Of a stretch of 64,000 nt of DNA, positions 29,031 through 40,506 are shown piece after piece. The position numbers and the translations under genes were made by a program. The stretch is from a virus, in IMG/VR virus record IMGVR_UViG_3300046167_000888; one strand, given 5' to 3'. How positions within the stretch are numbered: position 1 is the stretch's first letter; each line of letters begins with the position of its first letter. Below the pieces are notes generated by a model that saw only the letters and a list, made by a program, of their open reading frames with translations, was not told the DNA's origin and did not search any database.

Positions 29031-31430
29031 ATGGCTTTTAATAAGGAAAATGCTAAATCTATTAAGCAATTAATAGATGATCAAAATAAGCTGTTAAGGG
29101 AGCAAATTAAGATTCAAAGAGAATCCGCTGGTCAAACTTCAGAAGCTTTATCTGACCAGCAGGATATTTCTAATGTTATTAAGGATCAAATTCAATTCCT
29201 GAAATTCCAACGTACTGAAAAAACTCTCCTCAGAAAACTTACTAATGATATAAATAAAATATCACAGGAAACTTTTGCTATAGGTAAAAGACAATTAGGT
29301 GTAGATAAAGTTGATTTAGATTTTGCTAAAAAAAGAGTTGGTTTAGAACAAACAATTAGACTTCTAAAACAACAGCAAGAAAAATTTAAAAAAGGAGGTA
29401 GTGAGTTAGATAAAGATATTGCCAGATCTATTGGCATGCAAGTCACTGAAGCTACTAAATTATTAGTAGAAGTAGATAGAATAGCTGATTCCTCATCAAA
29501 AATTAAAGATAACTTTGGTGTTAAAACATTCAAAACAGCTGCAGAAGCTATAGGTTCTGTACCTGGTTTAAAAGCATTTGATGCACCATTTAAAGCTGCT
29601 TCCGAAGCCGCGTTATCAACTTCACAAGACATAGAACATGCTCTTAAAACCGGTGAAGGTTTAAATAAAAGTATGCTTAAAAATCTTGGTATAGAAAAGA
29701 AATTACAAGTAGATAGAAAAAAGAGTAAAGGAAAAGGTAAATTTCAATTAACTGGAGCTGCTGCAGCTGAGAAATTCCAAAAAGGTGGTATGGAAACCGG
29801 AAAAATCCTTGGTATGGATAGAAAAGGTATAATGGCATTTACATCTGGTTTAAAAGCAATGGCTAAAACTATGATGAAAGCATTTGCTCCAGTTGCCCAA
29901 GTAATAGAATTTTTTAAAGCCATAGTAGCAGGAGATAAAGCCGCAGGAGATTTAGCCAAAAGTATGAATATGACTTATACGGAAGCTCTTGCAACTCGAA
30001 TGGAATTAACTGATATGGCTGAAAGAACAGTATTCCAAGGTAATATGCAAAAAGCTAATGCCGTAACTACAAAAGGTTTACAAGAAACCCTTATGGCAGT
30101 AAATGCTTCTTTAGGTACAGGTGTAATGTTAAGTGATGAAATGCTTGTTCAGTTTACTCAAATGAGAAAAATGGCAGGCTTTACCAATGAAGAATTAGTA
30201 GGAATAGCTAAAATATCCTTAGCTACAGGTCAAGAAATGGAATCTATTACAGGTGAATTTATGGCTCAAGCTCAAATGTCAGCTGTTCAAAATGGTGTTT
30301 TATTAAATGAAAAAGAATTATTAAAAGGTATTAAAGATGTTTCAGCAGCTACAACATTATCATTTGGTAAAAATCCTAAATTAATAGCAGAAGCCGTAGC
30401 AACAGCTAAGTCATTAGGTATGGAACTATCTAAAGTAGAAGGTATAGCTGATAGTATGTTAGATTTTGAATCATCTATTACAAATGAATTAGAGGCAGAA
30501 TTATTACTTAATAAAGATATTAATTTAGAAAAAGCCAGACAAGCCGCATTAAATAATGACCTAGCAACTGTAGCTAAAGAAATTTCAGAACAAATAGGTT
30601 CATCAGCTGAATTTTCTGAAATGAACAGAATCCAACAAGAAGCATTAGCTAAATCTGTTGGAATGAATAGAGAAGATTTAGCACAAACTTTATTTGTACA
30701 AGAACAATTAGCAGGTGCTACAGCAGAAGAAGCAAAAGAAAGAGAAGCTTTATTAAATTCTAGAATAGCAGCTGTAGGATTAGAACAAGCCCAAAAAGAA
30801 TTAGCTGAAGGAGGACTTGATACTCTTGCAAGTCAGCAAAGTCAAGCTGAAAGATTAGCTAATACAATAGATCAATTAAAAGAAGTATTTGTAACTTTAG
30901 CAGAACCTATTTTAGCCATAGGATTAGCTTTAACCCCAGTACTTGAAGCGGTAGGATTTTTAGTAAAAGGTATTATGGGGATAAGTAGTGCTATTGGTGG
31001 GGTGTTAGGATCTATGAAGGAAATGGGAGCAATTGGTGTTGTATTAGGAGGTATATTTGCAGCATTGGCGGCAGCAATAGCATTTGCAACATTATCATTA
31101 ATTCCTGTTGTAGGACCTGCTTTAGGACTTGCAGCAGGGGCTGCTATAATAGGAGCATATTTTAAAGCTGTTACTGATACTAAAAAAGTAGGTGATATGT
31201 TTTCTTCTAGGGGTAAAACTATAGTCTCACCAGCTGAAGGTGGGTTATTTGAATTATCGGCTAATGATGAATTTGCTGCTGCCCCGGGATTAGGACAAAT
31301 GTTAGGTGGTGGAAATAATACAACAGTAGCAGCTCAATCAACAGATATGAGTGCAACAAATGCGTTACTAGAAAAACTAGTTAAGAAAACACCTGAAATG
31401 GCTCCTTTAGGTTTATACGAAGTACAATAA
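29031..31430 (+). CDS. tape measure protein
   Basis: 799-aa Ala/Gly/Leu-rich helical protein with a hydrophobic C-terminal segment; position. Confidence 0.8.
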   Translation: MAFNKENAKSIKQLIDDQNKLLREQIKIQRESAGQTSEALSDQQDISNVIKDQIQFLKFQRTEKTLLRKLTNDINKISQETFAIGKRQLGVDKVDLDFAKKRVGLEQTIRLLKQQQEKFKKGGSELDKDIARSIGMQVTEATKLLVEVDRIADSSSKIKDNFGVKTFKTAAEAIGSVPGLKAFDAPFKAASEAALSTSQDIEHALKTGEGLNKSMLKNLGIEKKLQVDRKKSKGKGKFQLTGAAAAEKFQKGGMETGKILGMDRKGIMAFTSGLKAMAKTMMKAFAPVAQVIEFFKAIVAGDKAAGDLAKSMNMTYTEALATRMELTDMAERTVFQGNMQKANAVTTKGLQETLMAVNASLGTGVMLSDEMLVQFTQMRKMAGFTNEELVGIAKISLATGQEMESITGEFMAQAQMSAVQNGVLLNEKELLKGIKDVSAATTLSFGKNPKLIAEAVATAKSLGMELSKVEGIADSMLDFESSITNELEAELLLNKDINLEKARQAALNNDLATVAKEISEQIGSSAEFSEMNRIQQEALAKSVGMNREDLAQTLFVQEQLAGATAEEAKEREALLNSRIAAVGLEQAQKELAEGGLDTLASQQSQAERLANTIDQLKEVFVTLAEPILAIGLALTPVLEAVGFLVKGIMGISSAIGGVLGSMKEMGAIGVVLGGIFAALAAAIAFATLSLIPVVGPALGLAAGAAIIGAYFKAVTDTKKVGDMFSSRGKTIVSPAEGGLFELSANDEFAAAPGLGQMLGGGNNTTVAAQSTDMSATNALLEKLVKKTPEMAPLGLYEVQ

Positions 31431-31457
31431 TATAATATTTATAATAAAACAACAATT

Positions 31458-31688
31458 ATGAGTTTACTAAACAAATTAATTTCTGGACAAGCGAGTAATA
31501 CAAGTTTAAATGGACAAACACCGAATGTTCCTAATTTTCAAACATCAACTTTACATAAGGAATATTCTACTATTGGTGATCCTAATGCATCTCAGGTAAC
31601 ACCTGCAAATGGAGTTTTACCAATGCCATCTACACTTGAAGCTACAGTTCAAGAAGGAGACAAGTATTTGAACAACTTACCACAGTAA
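31458..31688 (+). CDS. hypothetical tail-module protein
   Basis: ORF with a late motif upstream. Confidence 0.65.
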   Translation: MSLLNKLISGQASNTSLNGQTPNVPNFQTSTLHKEYSTIGDPNASQVTPANGVLPMPSTLEATVQEGDKYLNNLPQ

Positions 31689-31691
31689 CAT

Positions 31692-33965
31692 ATGGGCTTA
31701 GTTGATTTAAGAACTAACCTTAAATCTTTAAGGTATGGTAAGGATACAGTTGGCGGTGGAAACAGCGCTCAACCCTTTGTAAAAAGAAAAATACCCGATG
31801 ATTTATCAGATGTAGGTAGAACAGGAGGACCCGATTTTCTTTTACGAGGTGGAACTTTACTGCCTAGAATTGTTCTTAATGATGCAACAAGAATATCTAA
31901 ATTATTTTACCCAGGTAGAGGAGGAAAAATAAATACTACAAACGCAGATGACCCACTAGGTGTAGATGCAAGTAATAATGGTAGAAGACCTGTTAATTTA
32001 ATAGGAACATTATTTACAGCTAAGCAAAATATTTTATCTTTATCTAATGTCAGTTCTCAAGCAGGGTATGTTCCATTCAAACAGGGTGAAGCAGAAGAAC
32101 CTCAAGAAAGATCTGCAATTGGTCAATTTATTAAAGATAATATTGCATTAAATCAGGGATTATATACTCCTTTATCTACAATAGGACAAACTGTAGGAAA
32201 TGCGTTAGGAATACATTTAAATAAACAAGGATTAAATCCTTTAAAAAATACTACTTTAGGATCACCTGACGGAAATACACCTTTAGGTTTACCTACTTAT
32301 TTAAATACAATAGCTACTGATGGTACTGAAGGTAATAAAAGTAGACTATTTGGTTTACTTGATAAAGTTAAAACAAATACTCAAGGTGTTAATACTTTAT
32401 ATTCATATAGTGGGGGACCAGGTGCTACATTAGGGGTTGGTAAAACAACACTTAATATGCTATCAGATCAAAGAACAGGTATTAATAATCCTTATACTAG
32501 AGTAAGTTTAGCAGGAGCTGAATATGGCACATCAAGTTATATAGCAGGATTTAGATCAGTTCCAAATTTCCAGGCTATATCATTTAATGCTCAAAATCCT
32601 GATAGTCCATTTCCTTTATCAGAAACACGTACAGTGCCAGTTAATGATGAAAGAGAATCAATAAACTATTTAGGACCAAATAAAAATTTATCTCCAACAG
32701 TTAATGATGATAGCTTATCGGATAAAGTAAAAAATGATAAATTATATAGAATAGGAGCATCAGCTGCATTTTATAGTAATTCTAGATTTTTTCAAACTCA
32801 AAATAATACCGAATATTTTATTGAACCATTTTTTGATACTTTTGATGGTGATGGAGCTACAAAATCTTATGGGATTTATGATACTACTTTAAACCGTTAT
32901 AGTTTAGAAACAAAAGCAGATAATGAAGCTTTTAGAAGTGGAATATCTAAATCAGTCCCTAGACAAGTTTGGACACAACAAGAAATTGAATCTAATATTC
33001 CTTATTCAAAGACTAATAATGCTAATGATATTAAGGATTTTAGAAGAAAAATTACTGATAATGGTAATCAAATACCTAATTCTTTACCATATGATGAAGC
33101 AAATAAGTTTAATCAAAGAGTTAATTTAGGGGATCCTGGAAAAAAAGGAAATATTTCAAGTTACTCAATAGGAAAAAGAGATGCTAATACAAATAGTCCA
33201 AATACTATAGTAGGCAACTCTACTTATAAACATGCTTTAGATAAAATTAACGCTTATCCTTTATATCAATCAGAAAATGTAACAGCAGATAAAACTAAAA
33301 ATGATTTTGTTAAATTTAGAATTGGAATTATTGATAATAATAACCCAACATTAAAAACTTATATTCATTTTAGAGCTATAATTGATGCCATGTCTGATGC
33401 TTATACAGCTGGTTGGGATGCTATAAAATATATGGGTAGAGGTGAAAATTTTTACAAATATAAAGGATTTGACAGAACAATTTCATTAGGTTGGACAGTA
33501 GCTGCTCAATCAAAACAAGAATTAATACCACAATATCAAAAATTAAATTATCTAGCATCATCTCTTGCACCAAATTACTCAGATATCGGGTATATGCGAG
33601 GAAACTTAATTACATTAACGATAGGAGGATGGTGTTACGAACAACCTGGGGTTTTAGAAGGTCTTACTTTAACTGTACCTGAAGAATCTCCATGGGAAAT
33701 AGCAATACCTGATGGACCCAATTTTGGTACTGTAGGAGAAGCAGGCAACGAAATAGCAACTGATACATCAGTTAAAGAGATGCCTATGATATGTAAAGTT
33801 AGTGGATTTAATTTTAAACCAATTCATAACTTTATACCTCAATTACAATCCAACAGTTATAAAGGAAATGGTGGGTTTATTAACAAGTATGGACAAGAAA
33901 GATTTATTGCATTAAATAACGGATATAACAATAATTACAGCGGAGTTAATTATACTCCTGATTAA
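31692..33965 (+). CDS. baseplate/tail tube initiator-like structural protein
   Basis: C-terminal FRA...W...KYMGRGE..Y.YKGFDRTIS domain; synteny. Confidence 0.55.
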   Translation: MGLVDLRTNLKSLRYGKDTVGGGNSAQPFVKRKIPDDLSDVGRTGGPDFLLRGGTLLPRIVLNDATRISKLFYPGRGGKINTTNADDPLGVDASNNGRRPVNLIGTLFTAKQNILSLSNVSSQAGYVPFKQGEAEEPQERSAIGQFIKDNIALNQGLYTPLSTIGQTVGNALGIHLNKQGLNPLKNTTLGSPDGNTPLGLPTYLNTIATDGTEGNKSRLFGLLDKVKTNTQGVNTLYSYSGGPGATLGVGKTTLNMLSDQRTGINNPYTRVSLAGAEYGTSSYIAGFRSVPNFQAISFNAQNPDSPFPLSETRTVPVNDERESINYLGPNKNLSPTVNDDSLSDKVKNDKLYRIGASAAFYSNSRFFQTQNNTEYFIEPFFDTFDGDGATKSYGIYDTTLNRYSLETKADNEAFRSGISKSVPRQVWTQQEIESNIPYSKTNNANDIKDFRRKITDNGNQIPNSLPYDEANKFNQRVNLGDPGKKGNISSYSIGKRDANTNSPNTIVGNSTYKHALDKINAYPLYQSENVTADKTKNDFVKFRIGIIDNNNPTLKTYIHFRAIIDAMSDAYTAGWDAIKYMGRGENFYKYKGFDRTISLGWTVAAQSKQELIPQYQKLNYLASSLAPNYSDIGYMRGNLITLTIGGWCYEQPGVLEGLTLTVPEESPWEIAIPDGPNFGTVGEAGNEIATDTSVKEMPMICKVSGFNFKPIHNFIPQLQSNSYKGNGGFINKYGQERFIALNNGYNNNYSGVNYTPD

Positions 33966-33971
33966 TAATAT

Positions 33972-34298
33972 ATGGCAAGATATACAAACATAAGAGTTAA
34001 AAGTAATAGAAAACCTGATGGTATGCGTGGAGATAGATATTATCCTTCTCCAAAATACCCTCAAATACCTCTTTCTATAAATGATACCTATGTTTATGCT
34101 GAACAAGGAGATAGATATGATCAATTAGCTCTTCAATATTATGGAGATTCTAGTTTATGGTGGATCATTTCAATTGCAAATGAAAAATTACCTCAAAATT
34201 CATATTATCTTCCTTTAGGAGTACAAGTTAGAATACCTTCAAATGTAGGAGGAATTAAAAGTGCCTATAATAGATTAAATAATAGAAATGAGTTATGA
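33972..34298 (+). CDS. LysM/tail-X-like baseplate protein (gp53-like)
   Basis: GDRYDQLALQYYGDSSLWWIISIAN...G.QVRIP. Confidence 0.8.
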   Translation: MARYTNIRVKSNRKPDGMRGDRYYPSPKYPQIPLSINDTYVYAEQGDRYDQLALQYYGDSSLWWIISIANEKLPQNSYYLPLGVQVRIPSNVGGIKSAYNRLNNRNEL

Positions 34299-37200
34299 GT
34301 ATAATAGGGGAATCGTTTGAAGGATATGTAAAGTCCCAAATTAATACTAGACAAATTCTTCATGGTAAAAAAAGTAGAAGCAATTCAGATTTAAATCTTT
34401 TATCTAACCAAAATGCTTGGGTTAAACTTGCATCTTCGGTACAAATAGTTTCTGCTCCTAATAAAGAAGCACTTCAAGCTAAGTTTCCTGATGAAAAAAT
34501 TACAGAAACACAGTACCAAGCTTATACTAAAAATTATGGGGATGATAAGTTAAAAGCAATAGGTTTAACTAATACCTCAAAATTTATGGGTACTGAATTA
34601 GCAAAAAAATCAGTACTATTTAATACAATATCTGCAATAGATAAGGAAACTATAACTAACCCAGATGGTACTATAAAACAAAAAGGAAGTTATAGACAAA
34701 GATCAGGAGTATTAAATCGAAAAGCAGAAGTTTGGGATGATGAATTTTCTTATGGATTAGGTGGGACTAGTTTTGGTATAGTACCTCCTCCTGGAATTAT
34801 AAGTGCTAAAGTAAATTGTAAAAATAGGGGTTCAATTAGAGAAGCAACTGTAGAAATAAAAGCTCAAAATAAATTTCAATTTGAATTAATTGAATTATTA
34901 TATCTTAGATTAGGGTATTCTATGATGTTAGAATGGGGTTGGGATAAATATCAATCTTCTGATCCAACAAAATCAAAAACACCTCAACAAGTTGAAAATA
35001 CTATTATAGATAATCAATGGTTTAAATGGAAAGGAAAAAGTTTTAATTCCGTTCTTCCTGCTATTGAAAAATATAGAGAACTATATGAAGGAAATTATGA
35101 TGGATTTTTAGGTAAAGTAGTTAATTTTGATTGGACATTTAATCAAGATGGATCCTATGATATAACTTTAAAACTTATTACAGTAGGAGATGTTATAGAA
35201 TCTTTAACTGTAAATTTACCTCAAAATATAGTATCAATAGGAGAATTAAAAAAACAAATTTCTGATAAATACGCTGTAACAGCAGCTCAACTTAAGGATT
35301 CAGCAATTGTTACTTCTGCTACTACTTCAATGTTAGCTTACCAATTATTTTTAGATGTAGCAACTAAACCAAATAAATTTAACGGGTCGTATACAACAGA
35401 GGCTCGTGAAGCTTTTACTTTTAATGGAGAAGTGATATTCCCAGCTCAACCTGCTCAAGTAATCCATTCTAATTATTTTGGTTTATATTCTTTAATTGAT
35501 GAAGATAATAATGTTCATGGAAGTGTTAGAAAACAAATAAAAGAAGCAGAATTTCAAAAAGAAAAATTTAATTATTTTTTAACATTTGGGGAGTTAATGA
35601 ACCACATTCATGCTAAATGCATCCCTTCAGTTAACGGAGATAAAATGTTAAGTGTAGATACCAGCGATAATAGTCTTTGTTCCGTTTTTCCTTATCAAGT
35701 ATCAATGGATCCTAAAGTATGTTTAATAAAACCTGCTTTTGAACCTGGACTTACATATATGACTAGAGATGAATATCGCAATCCTGGTAAAAAAACAACA
35801 GCAATTAAAGGTTATTTAGAATGGATGAAAAGGATGAAGGAATTTGCTGTATTTGAAGAAGGAGGTGCTATATATGGTAGAACTATGAACATATATTTAA
35901 ATTATGATTTTGTAGCTTCAACTTTAAAAGAAACTTCTAAAAACGGAGAAATAAAATTATTTAATTTTTTAAAGAAATTATGTGATGGTGTAAACGCGGC
36001 TATAGGAGGAATAAATAAATTAGAACCTATACTTAGAGACGATAACGTAATTACAATTATAGACCAAAATCCACTTTTAGGAATTGAAACCTCAAAGGAA
36101 TATAGTGAATTTTTTGATAAAACCCCTGCTCAATTAGAATTATTTGGATACAACCCCTCAGGATCAGTTCAAACATCTAATTTTGTAAGAGATTTTAAAT
36201 TTAATACTACAATAGGTCCTAATATAGCTTCAATGATTTCAATAGGAGCTACTGCTGAAGGTACAAGCACTAAAAATTATGATGGAACCGCATTTTCTGC
36301 GTGGAATAGAGGATTACAAGACAGATTTCAAATATCATATAATGATCCACCACCACCAGAGGTACCAAAACCAGAAAGCCTACCAGAATGCCATCCTATG
36401 ACGGGGGATCAATTAATAAAAGCTTATAATCATTTCTTAAATTCAGAAATTGATACACGTAACTGGATTGGGTGGAAAAGATCTAGTGCTGGAAAAACAT
36501 ATTCACAATATGGTTTAAAAGCTAAAGGTAAAAGGGATATAACAGACTGTCCTATTACAAATGACTGGTGGGAAAACAGAACTTGGCCTGAATATGTACA
36601 AATATGTAGAAATTATATAAGAGAAAATAATATTAAAGATATTTCACAAAAAGAATTTGCTGGTCAATATATAAATTGGTGTATTCAAGCTTTTGGAGGG
36701 AAATCTAATTCAGTTAAAATGAATGAATTTGCTTATTATTATTTACTAAACCCGGATTTTACAGCTCAAGGAAAACAATTATTTAAATCTTATGTTAAAA
36801 TATTAAGTAATAAAATATATGAAATGACAGGAAACCCCTCAAATACAACTGGGTTTATTCCTGTAGGTTTAGATATTAAAACTGATGGTTTAAGTGGAAT
36901 TAAAATTTATAATGGGATAAATGTAAGACAAGAGTTTTTACCTCCTGCTTACCCAAATTCTTTAAATTTTGTAATATCAAAAGTAGACCATGATATTTCT
37001 GAAAATGATTGGACTACTAACTTAAAAACAATATCAACAGCTAATACTAAAAAAACCAATTATGGAGCTATTACTCAATTTAAAGATTTAGCAGCTCAAG
37101 TTGCTGATGAAATTACAGAATTTGAAATATATAAAGGACAAGAACCTAAAGTGACATTAACTAGTGGTTTTGATGTTATAAATAAAAGATCTAGATCAGG

Positions 37201-37885
37201 ATTAATTTATTATCCAGAAGTAACCAATAAAAAACAAATTGTAATTCACCATACTGCAGGACGACAAGATGCTAAAGGAGATATTGCAGGTTGGAGAAAG
37301 AAAAACTTCCCAATTGCTACTCATTATATTATAGAAAGAGGTGGTCATGCAGAACACGTATTTTCAGATAAATTTTGGAGTAATCATATTGGAATGCATC
37401 ATGGTAGTAATGTAAGAAGAAATAAAGAATCATTATCTATTGAACTTACAAGTATGGGTTGGTTAACTAAAAAAGATAATGGAACATATCAAGGGTATGT
37501 TGGTAAAGCAAAAACACCATCAGAGTGGGGTGGAGTATCTGAAACTTACATGGTTGATAGTAATGGTAATATTGTAAGAAATCCAAATGGATATAAAGGA
37601 AAAAAATATTTCCAATCTTATAGTGCAACACAATTAACTAAAATGGCAGGAATCATTGATAATTGGTCAAAAACATTTGGTATTACTATTTCTAATCAAA
37701 ATTTTGGAGATGTATTCCCTGATCAAACTAGAGGAGTACCTTCACAAGCAGCAGTTAAAGGTACACCTGGTATTTATACTCATAACTCATATAGAGGAGA
37801 TAAAATTGATGTAATGCCACAAAAAGAATTATTAGAAATAATATTTAAAGGTAAGAAATCAATAAGTTCAATTACAACAGTATAA
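34295..37885 (+). CDS. baseplate hub protein with C-terminal N-acetylmuramoyl-L-alanine amidase domain
   Basis: YLRLGYSMMLEWGW hub region; IVIHHTAG...H..SIE...H....D amidase_2 motifs. Confidence 0.7.
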   Translation: MSIIGESFEGYVKSQINTRQILHGKKSRSNSDLNLLSNQNAWVKLASSVQIVSAPNKEALQAKFPDEKITETQYQAYTKNYGDDKLKAIGLTNTSKFMGTELAKKSVLFNTISAIDKETITNPDGTIKQKGSYRQRSGVLNRKAEVWDDEFSYGLGGTSFGIVPPPGIISAKVNCKNRGSIREATVEIKAQNKFQFELIELLYLRLGYSMMLEWGWDKYQSSDPTKSKTPQQVENTIIDNQWFKWKGKSFNSVLPAIEKYRELYEGNYDGFLGKVVNFDWTFNQDGSYDITLKLITVGDVIESLTVNLPQNIVSIGELKKQISDKYAVTAAQLKDSAIVTSATTSMLAYQLFLDVATKPNKFNGSYTTEAREAFTFNGEVIFPAQPAQVIHSNYFGLYSLIDEDNNVHGSVRKQIKEAEFQKEKFNYFLTFGELMNHIHAKCIPSVNGDKMLSVDTSDNSLCSVFPYQVSMDPKVCLIKPAFEPGLTYMTRDEYRNPGKKTTAIKGYLEWMKRMKEFAVFEEGGAIYGRTMNIYLNYDFVASTLKETSKNGEIKLFNFLKKLCDGVNAAIGGINKLEPILRDDNVITIIDQNPLLGIETSKEYSEFFDKTPAQLELFGYNPSGSVQTSNFVRDFKFNTTIGPNIASMISIGATAEGTSTKNYDGTAFSAWNRGLQDRFQISYNDPPPPEVPKPESLPECHPMTGDQLIKAYNHFLNSEIDTRNWIGWKRSSAGKTYSQYGLKAKGKRDITDCPITNDWWENRTWPEYVQICRNYIRENNIKDISQKEFAGQYINWCIQAFGGKSNSVKMNEFAYYYLLNPDFTAQGKQLFKSYVKILSNKIYEMTGNPSNTTGFIPVGLDIKTDGLSGIKIYNGINVRQEFLPPAYPNSLNFVISKVDHDISENDWTTNLKTISTANTKKTNYGAITQFKDLAAQVADEITEFEIYKGQEPKVTLTSGFDVINKRSRSGLIYYPEVTNKKQIVIHHTAGRQDAKGDIAGWRKKNFPIATHYIIERGGHAEHVFSDKFWSNHIGMHHGSNVRRNKESLSIELTSMGWLTKKDNGTYQGYVGKAKTPSEWGGVSETYMVDSNGNIVRNPNGYKGKKYFQSYSATQLTKMAGIIDNWSKTFGITISNQNFGDVFPDQTRGVPSQAAVKGTPGIYTHNSYRGDKIDVMPQKELLEIIFKGKKSISSITTV

Positions 37886-37889
37886 AAAT

Positions 37890-38757
37890 ATGTATTTTCC
37901 TTTAAACCAAATAACAACCAATTTAGACACTAATGGGGAAGAATACTATATAGTATCTACCAATAAACCTTATGTAGGTAAGTTTTTTAGAACTTCCAAA
38001 GGTGAATCTTATACTGGGGCAACACCAAACGATGGTCCTAATTTATTAATAGAATTAGATCAACCTGAAAATACAACTAACCAACAAGATACTGAAGAAG
38101 GAAATCCTGGTAGTTATAACTCAAGTGCAAATGCAACATTTTACCCACTAGCATATGCAAATGCAAATAATACAAATTTAAATCCAAAAATACCACTGAT
38201 AACATCTACTCCATTACCAACTCAGGAAGATTATAATAATGTAAAATATCAAAGATATTTCTTAAAGAGAGCAACAAATTATATCTATAAAGAAGTTTCA
38301 GAAAAAACTTATAACTTATATAAAAACCAATCTCCAGAAGTACAATATTCATTATATGTTCCTTTAAAAATCAATTGGATTATTAGAGGTGAGTTATTAA
38401 ATGTATATAGAACTAATATTAATATAGTTAAAAGAGCAGAACGAATTAATGGGTGGGTAGGATTTTTTGACTCATTTAAAGATAGATTTGCTAGATATTT
38501 TAAAAACGAAGATAATAAAGTTTTTTATACTAGTGGAGGTGAATTAAAAATTAAAGATACTGATATTGAATATATTGGGATATTACCATGTACATCCAAC
38601 TAAAGGTGTAATAATGGAAGGAAGAGTGCATGTTGACACTCCTCATAATATATTAGTGTTAATTGAAGAAGGAGATATTTTAACAAAACAAAAAATATCA
38701 ACAGAAGGAGAAGTAGGTACTTCAAGAAGAAGAAATATACCCCGTGGCCTATACTAA
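37890..38757 (+). CDS. hypothetical structural protein (frameshifted at GGG 38577-38579)
   Basis: Removing one G gives EYIGYYHVHPTKG, joining ORF 38566..38757. Confidence 0.55.
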
Positions 38758-38792
38758 TTTAGGTCGTATATTATAGGGTAAAATGGTTATAA

Positions 38793-40061
38793 ATGTATTG
38801 GTTAGTAGAAGACGAGGAACAATTAGAGGTTTTAATAAATAGTGGTTATAAAGAAGCGTTCATTGAGGTAATACCTTATAATGATAAAATTCACCCGATT
38901 CTTAATAATATTTCACTAGTGTATATTCGCCCGATAAACGCAAGTAAAGGATTTATTGTATGCGTTCATCATAGTGAATGTTTAAGTGTATTAAATACGC
39001 GTATAGACGCATTAATCTCAAAGTTTGACACGCTATATTGTAGAGATAAAAAGGAATTATTACATTATTTTCCAAGCAAAGCTCTTTATGACATAAACTC
39101 AACATCTAATACGTATATACCAACTAGAACAACAACTCATGATTTTTATTACTACAAGTATCCTAAAGTAAAAGATATAAACTTAATTATTCCAGTAGTA
39201 AAACATTATGAATATTGTGAAAACTTATATAATGAATTAAAAGCAAATATTAACATTCCAAAAACTAAATATGATGAATTCTTTAACAATAAAGTATCCT
39301 TGGTGTTCAACTACATCGAGAGAAGTGGAATACGAATACACAAACCAACCTTCGAAGAATACTTCCATGAAATTGATGGTGAACGAGCATACACTCAATA
39401 CAACCTTAGGACAACCACAACACGTCCATCAAACAAATTTAAAGGAGTAAATTATGCAGCACTTAATCAAAAAAACGGATGTAGAAAATCTTTTATTCCT
39501 CGTAATAGTAAATTTGTCGAGATGGATATTAGCGCTTTTCATCCTAGTTTGTCTTGTCGCCTCGTTGATTATAATTTCCCCACTAGTGATATTCACTCTC
39601 ATTTACAACAGCTCTATGGAGTAAGTTATAAAGAGTCAAAAGAGCTGACATTTAAGCAACTATACGGAGGAGTATTCAAACAGTATGAACATCTGGAATT
39701 CTTTAAAAAAATTAGTATATACGTAAAAGAATTGTGGGAAAAATTTGAAAGCGAAGGTGAGATAACGTGTCCGATTTCTAATTATGTGTACAAAAAAGAT
39801 AACTTGGAAAACATGAATCCGCAAAAGTTATTTAATTATTTGTTACAAAACTTGGAAACGTCAATGAACGTTCGTATACTGTGGGACATCATACAGGTGT
39901 TGAGAGGTAAAAAAACAAAATTAATACTATACACATATGATAGTTTTACTTTTGATTGGGATGAAGAAGAAACAGGAGTAATAGAAGATATAGAAAATAT
40001 ATTCAAAAAATATAAATTAAATATAAAAACAAAACAAGGTTATGATTACGACTTTAAATAA
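38793..40061 (+). CDS. compact divergent family A DNA polymerase
   Basis: TTTRPSN, motif A MDISAFHP, motif B KELTFKQLYGG, motif C YTYDSF. Confidence 0.8.
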   Translation: MYWLVEDEEQLEVLINSGYKEAFIEVIPYNDKIHPILNNISLVYIRPINASKGFIVCVHHSECLSVLNTRIDALISKFDTLYCRDKKELLHYFPSKALYDINSTSNTYIPTRTTTHDFYYYKYPKVKDINLIIPVVKHYEYCENLYNELKANINIPKTKYDEFFNNKVSLVFNYIERSGIRIHKPTFEEYFHEIDGERAYTQYNLRTTTTRPSNKFKGVNYAALNQKNGCRKSFIPRNSKFVEMDISAFHPSLSCRLVDYNFPTSDIHSHLQQLYGVSYKESKELTFKQLYGGVFKQYEHLEFFKKISIYVKELWEKFESEGEITCPISNYVYKKDNLENMNPQKLFNYLLQNLETSMNVRILWDIIQVLRGKKTKLILYTYDSFTFDWDEEETGVIEDIENIFKKYKLNIKTKQGYDYDFK

Positions 40062-40080
40062 GGAACCAAATACGTATAAC

Positions 40081-40506
40081 ATGAATTATGATGTTATCAC
40101 ATCGGTAAAAGAAATAGATTTGAACAATAAGTTATTTTGTACATTTACAACCCTAGAAAATTTAGATGGTCTTCTAGAGGATATACAAAGCAAGTATACA
40201 ATTATTTACAATAAAGTGTTTGTTTTAGAAATAGCAGAGACTAATGAATATGTTGTCACTTACAATGTAGAGCAAGGTAACGTACATTCAATACCAGAAC
40301 ATACAATTTTAGTACATAGAAAAAAGGAATCTAATACCTTATACACTATTAATGCTCTTAATGAACTTATTAAGAAATTAAACGGTGGTGTTGTAGATAC
40401 CAAATATCAGGTAGATTGGCAACACTATAGAAATTGTATTCTCTTGACTCAACATAATGAGTTAAAACAGCTAAATACAAAAATATTTAAAATAATTGAA
40501 ATATAG
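40081..40506 (+). CDS. hypothetical protein
   Basis: ORF (LFCTFT...HRKKESNTLYTINALN); start uncertain (40042 or 40081). Confidence 0.7.
   Translation: MNYDVITSVKEIDLNNKLFCTFTTLENLDGLLEDIQSKYTIIYNKVFVLEIAETNEYVVTYNVEQGNVHSIPEHTILVHRKKESNTLYTINALNELIKKLNGGVVDTKYQVDWQHYRNCILLTQHNELKQLNTKIFKIIEI

Noticed and set aside
32923-33682. Alternative-frame ORFs inside the 31692..33965 gene
   Set aside because: Short, with no composition anomaly or recognisable motif, unlike the 57336 case
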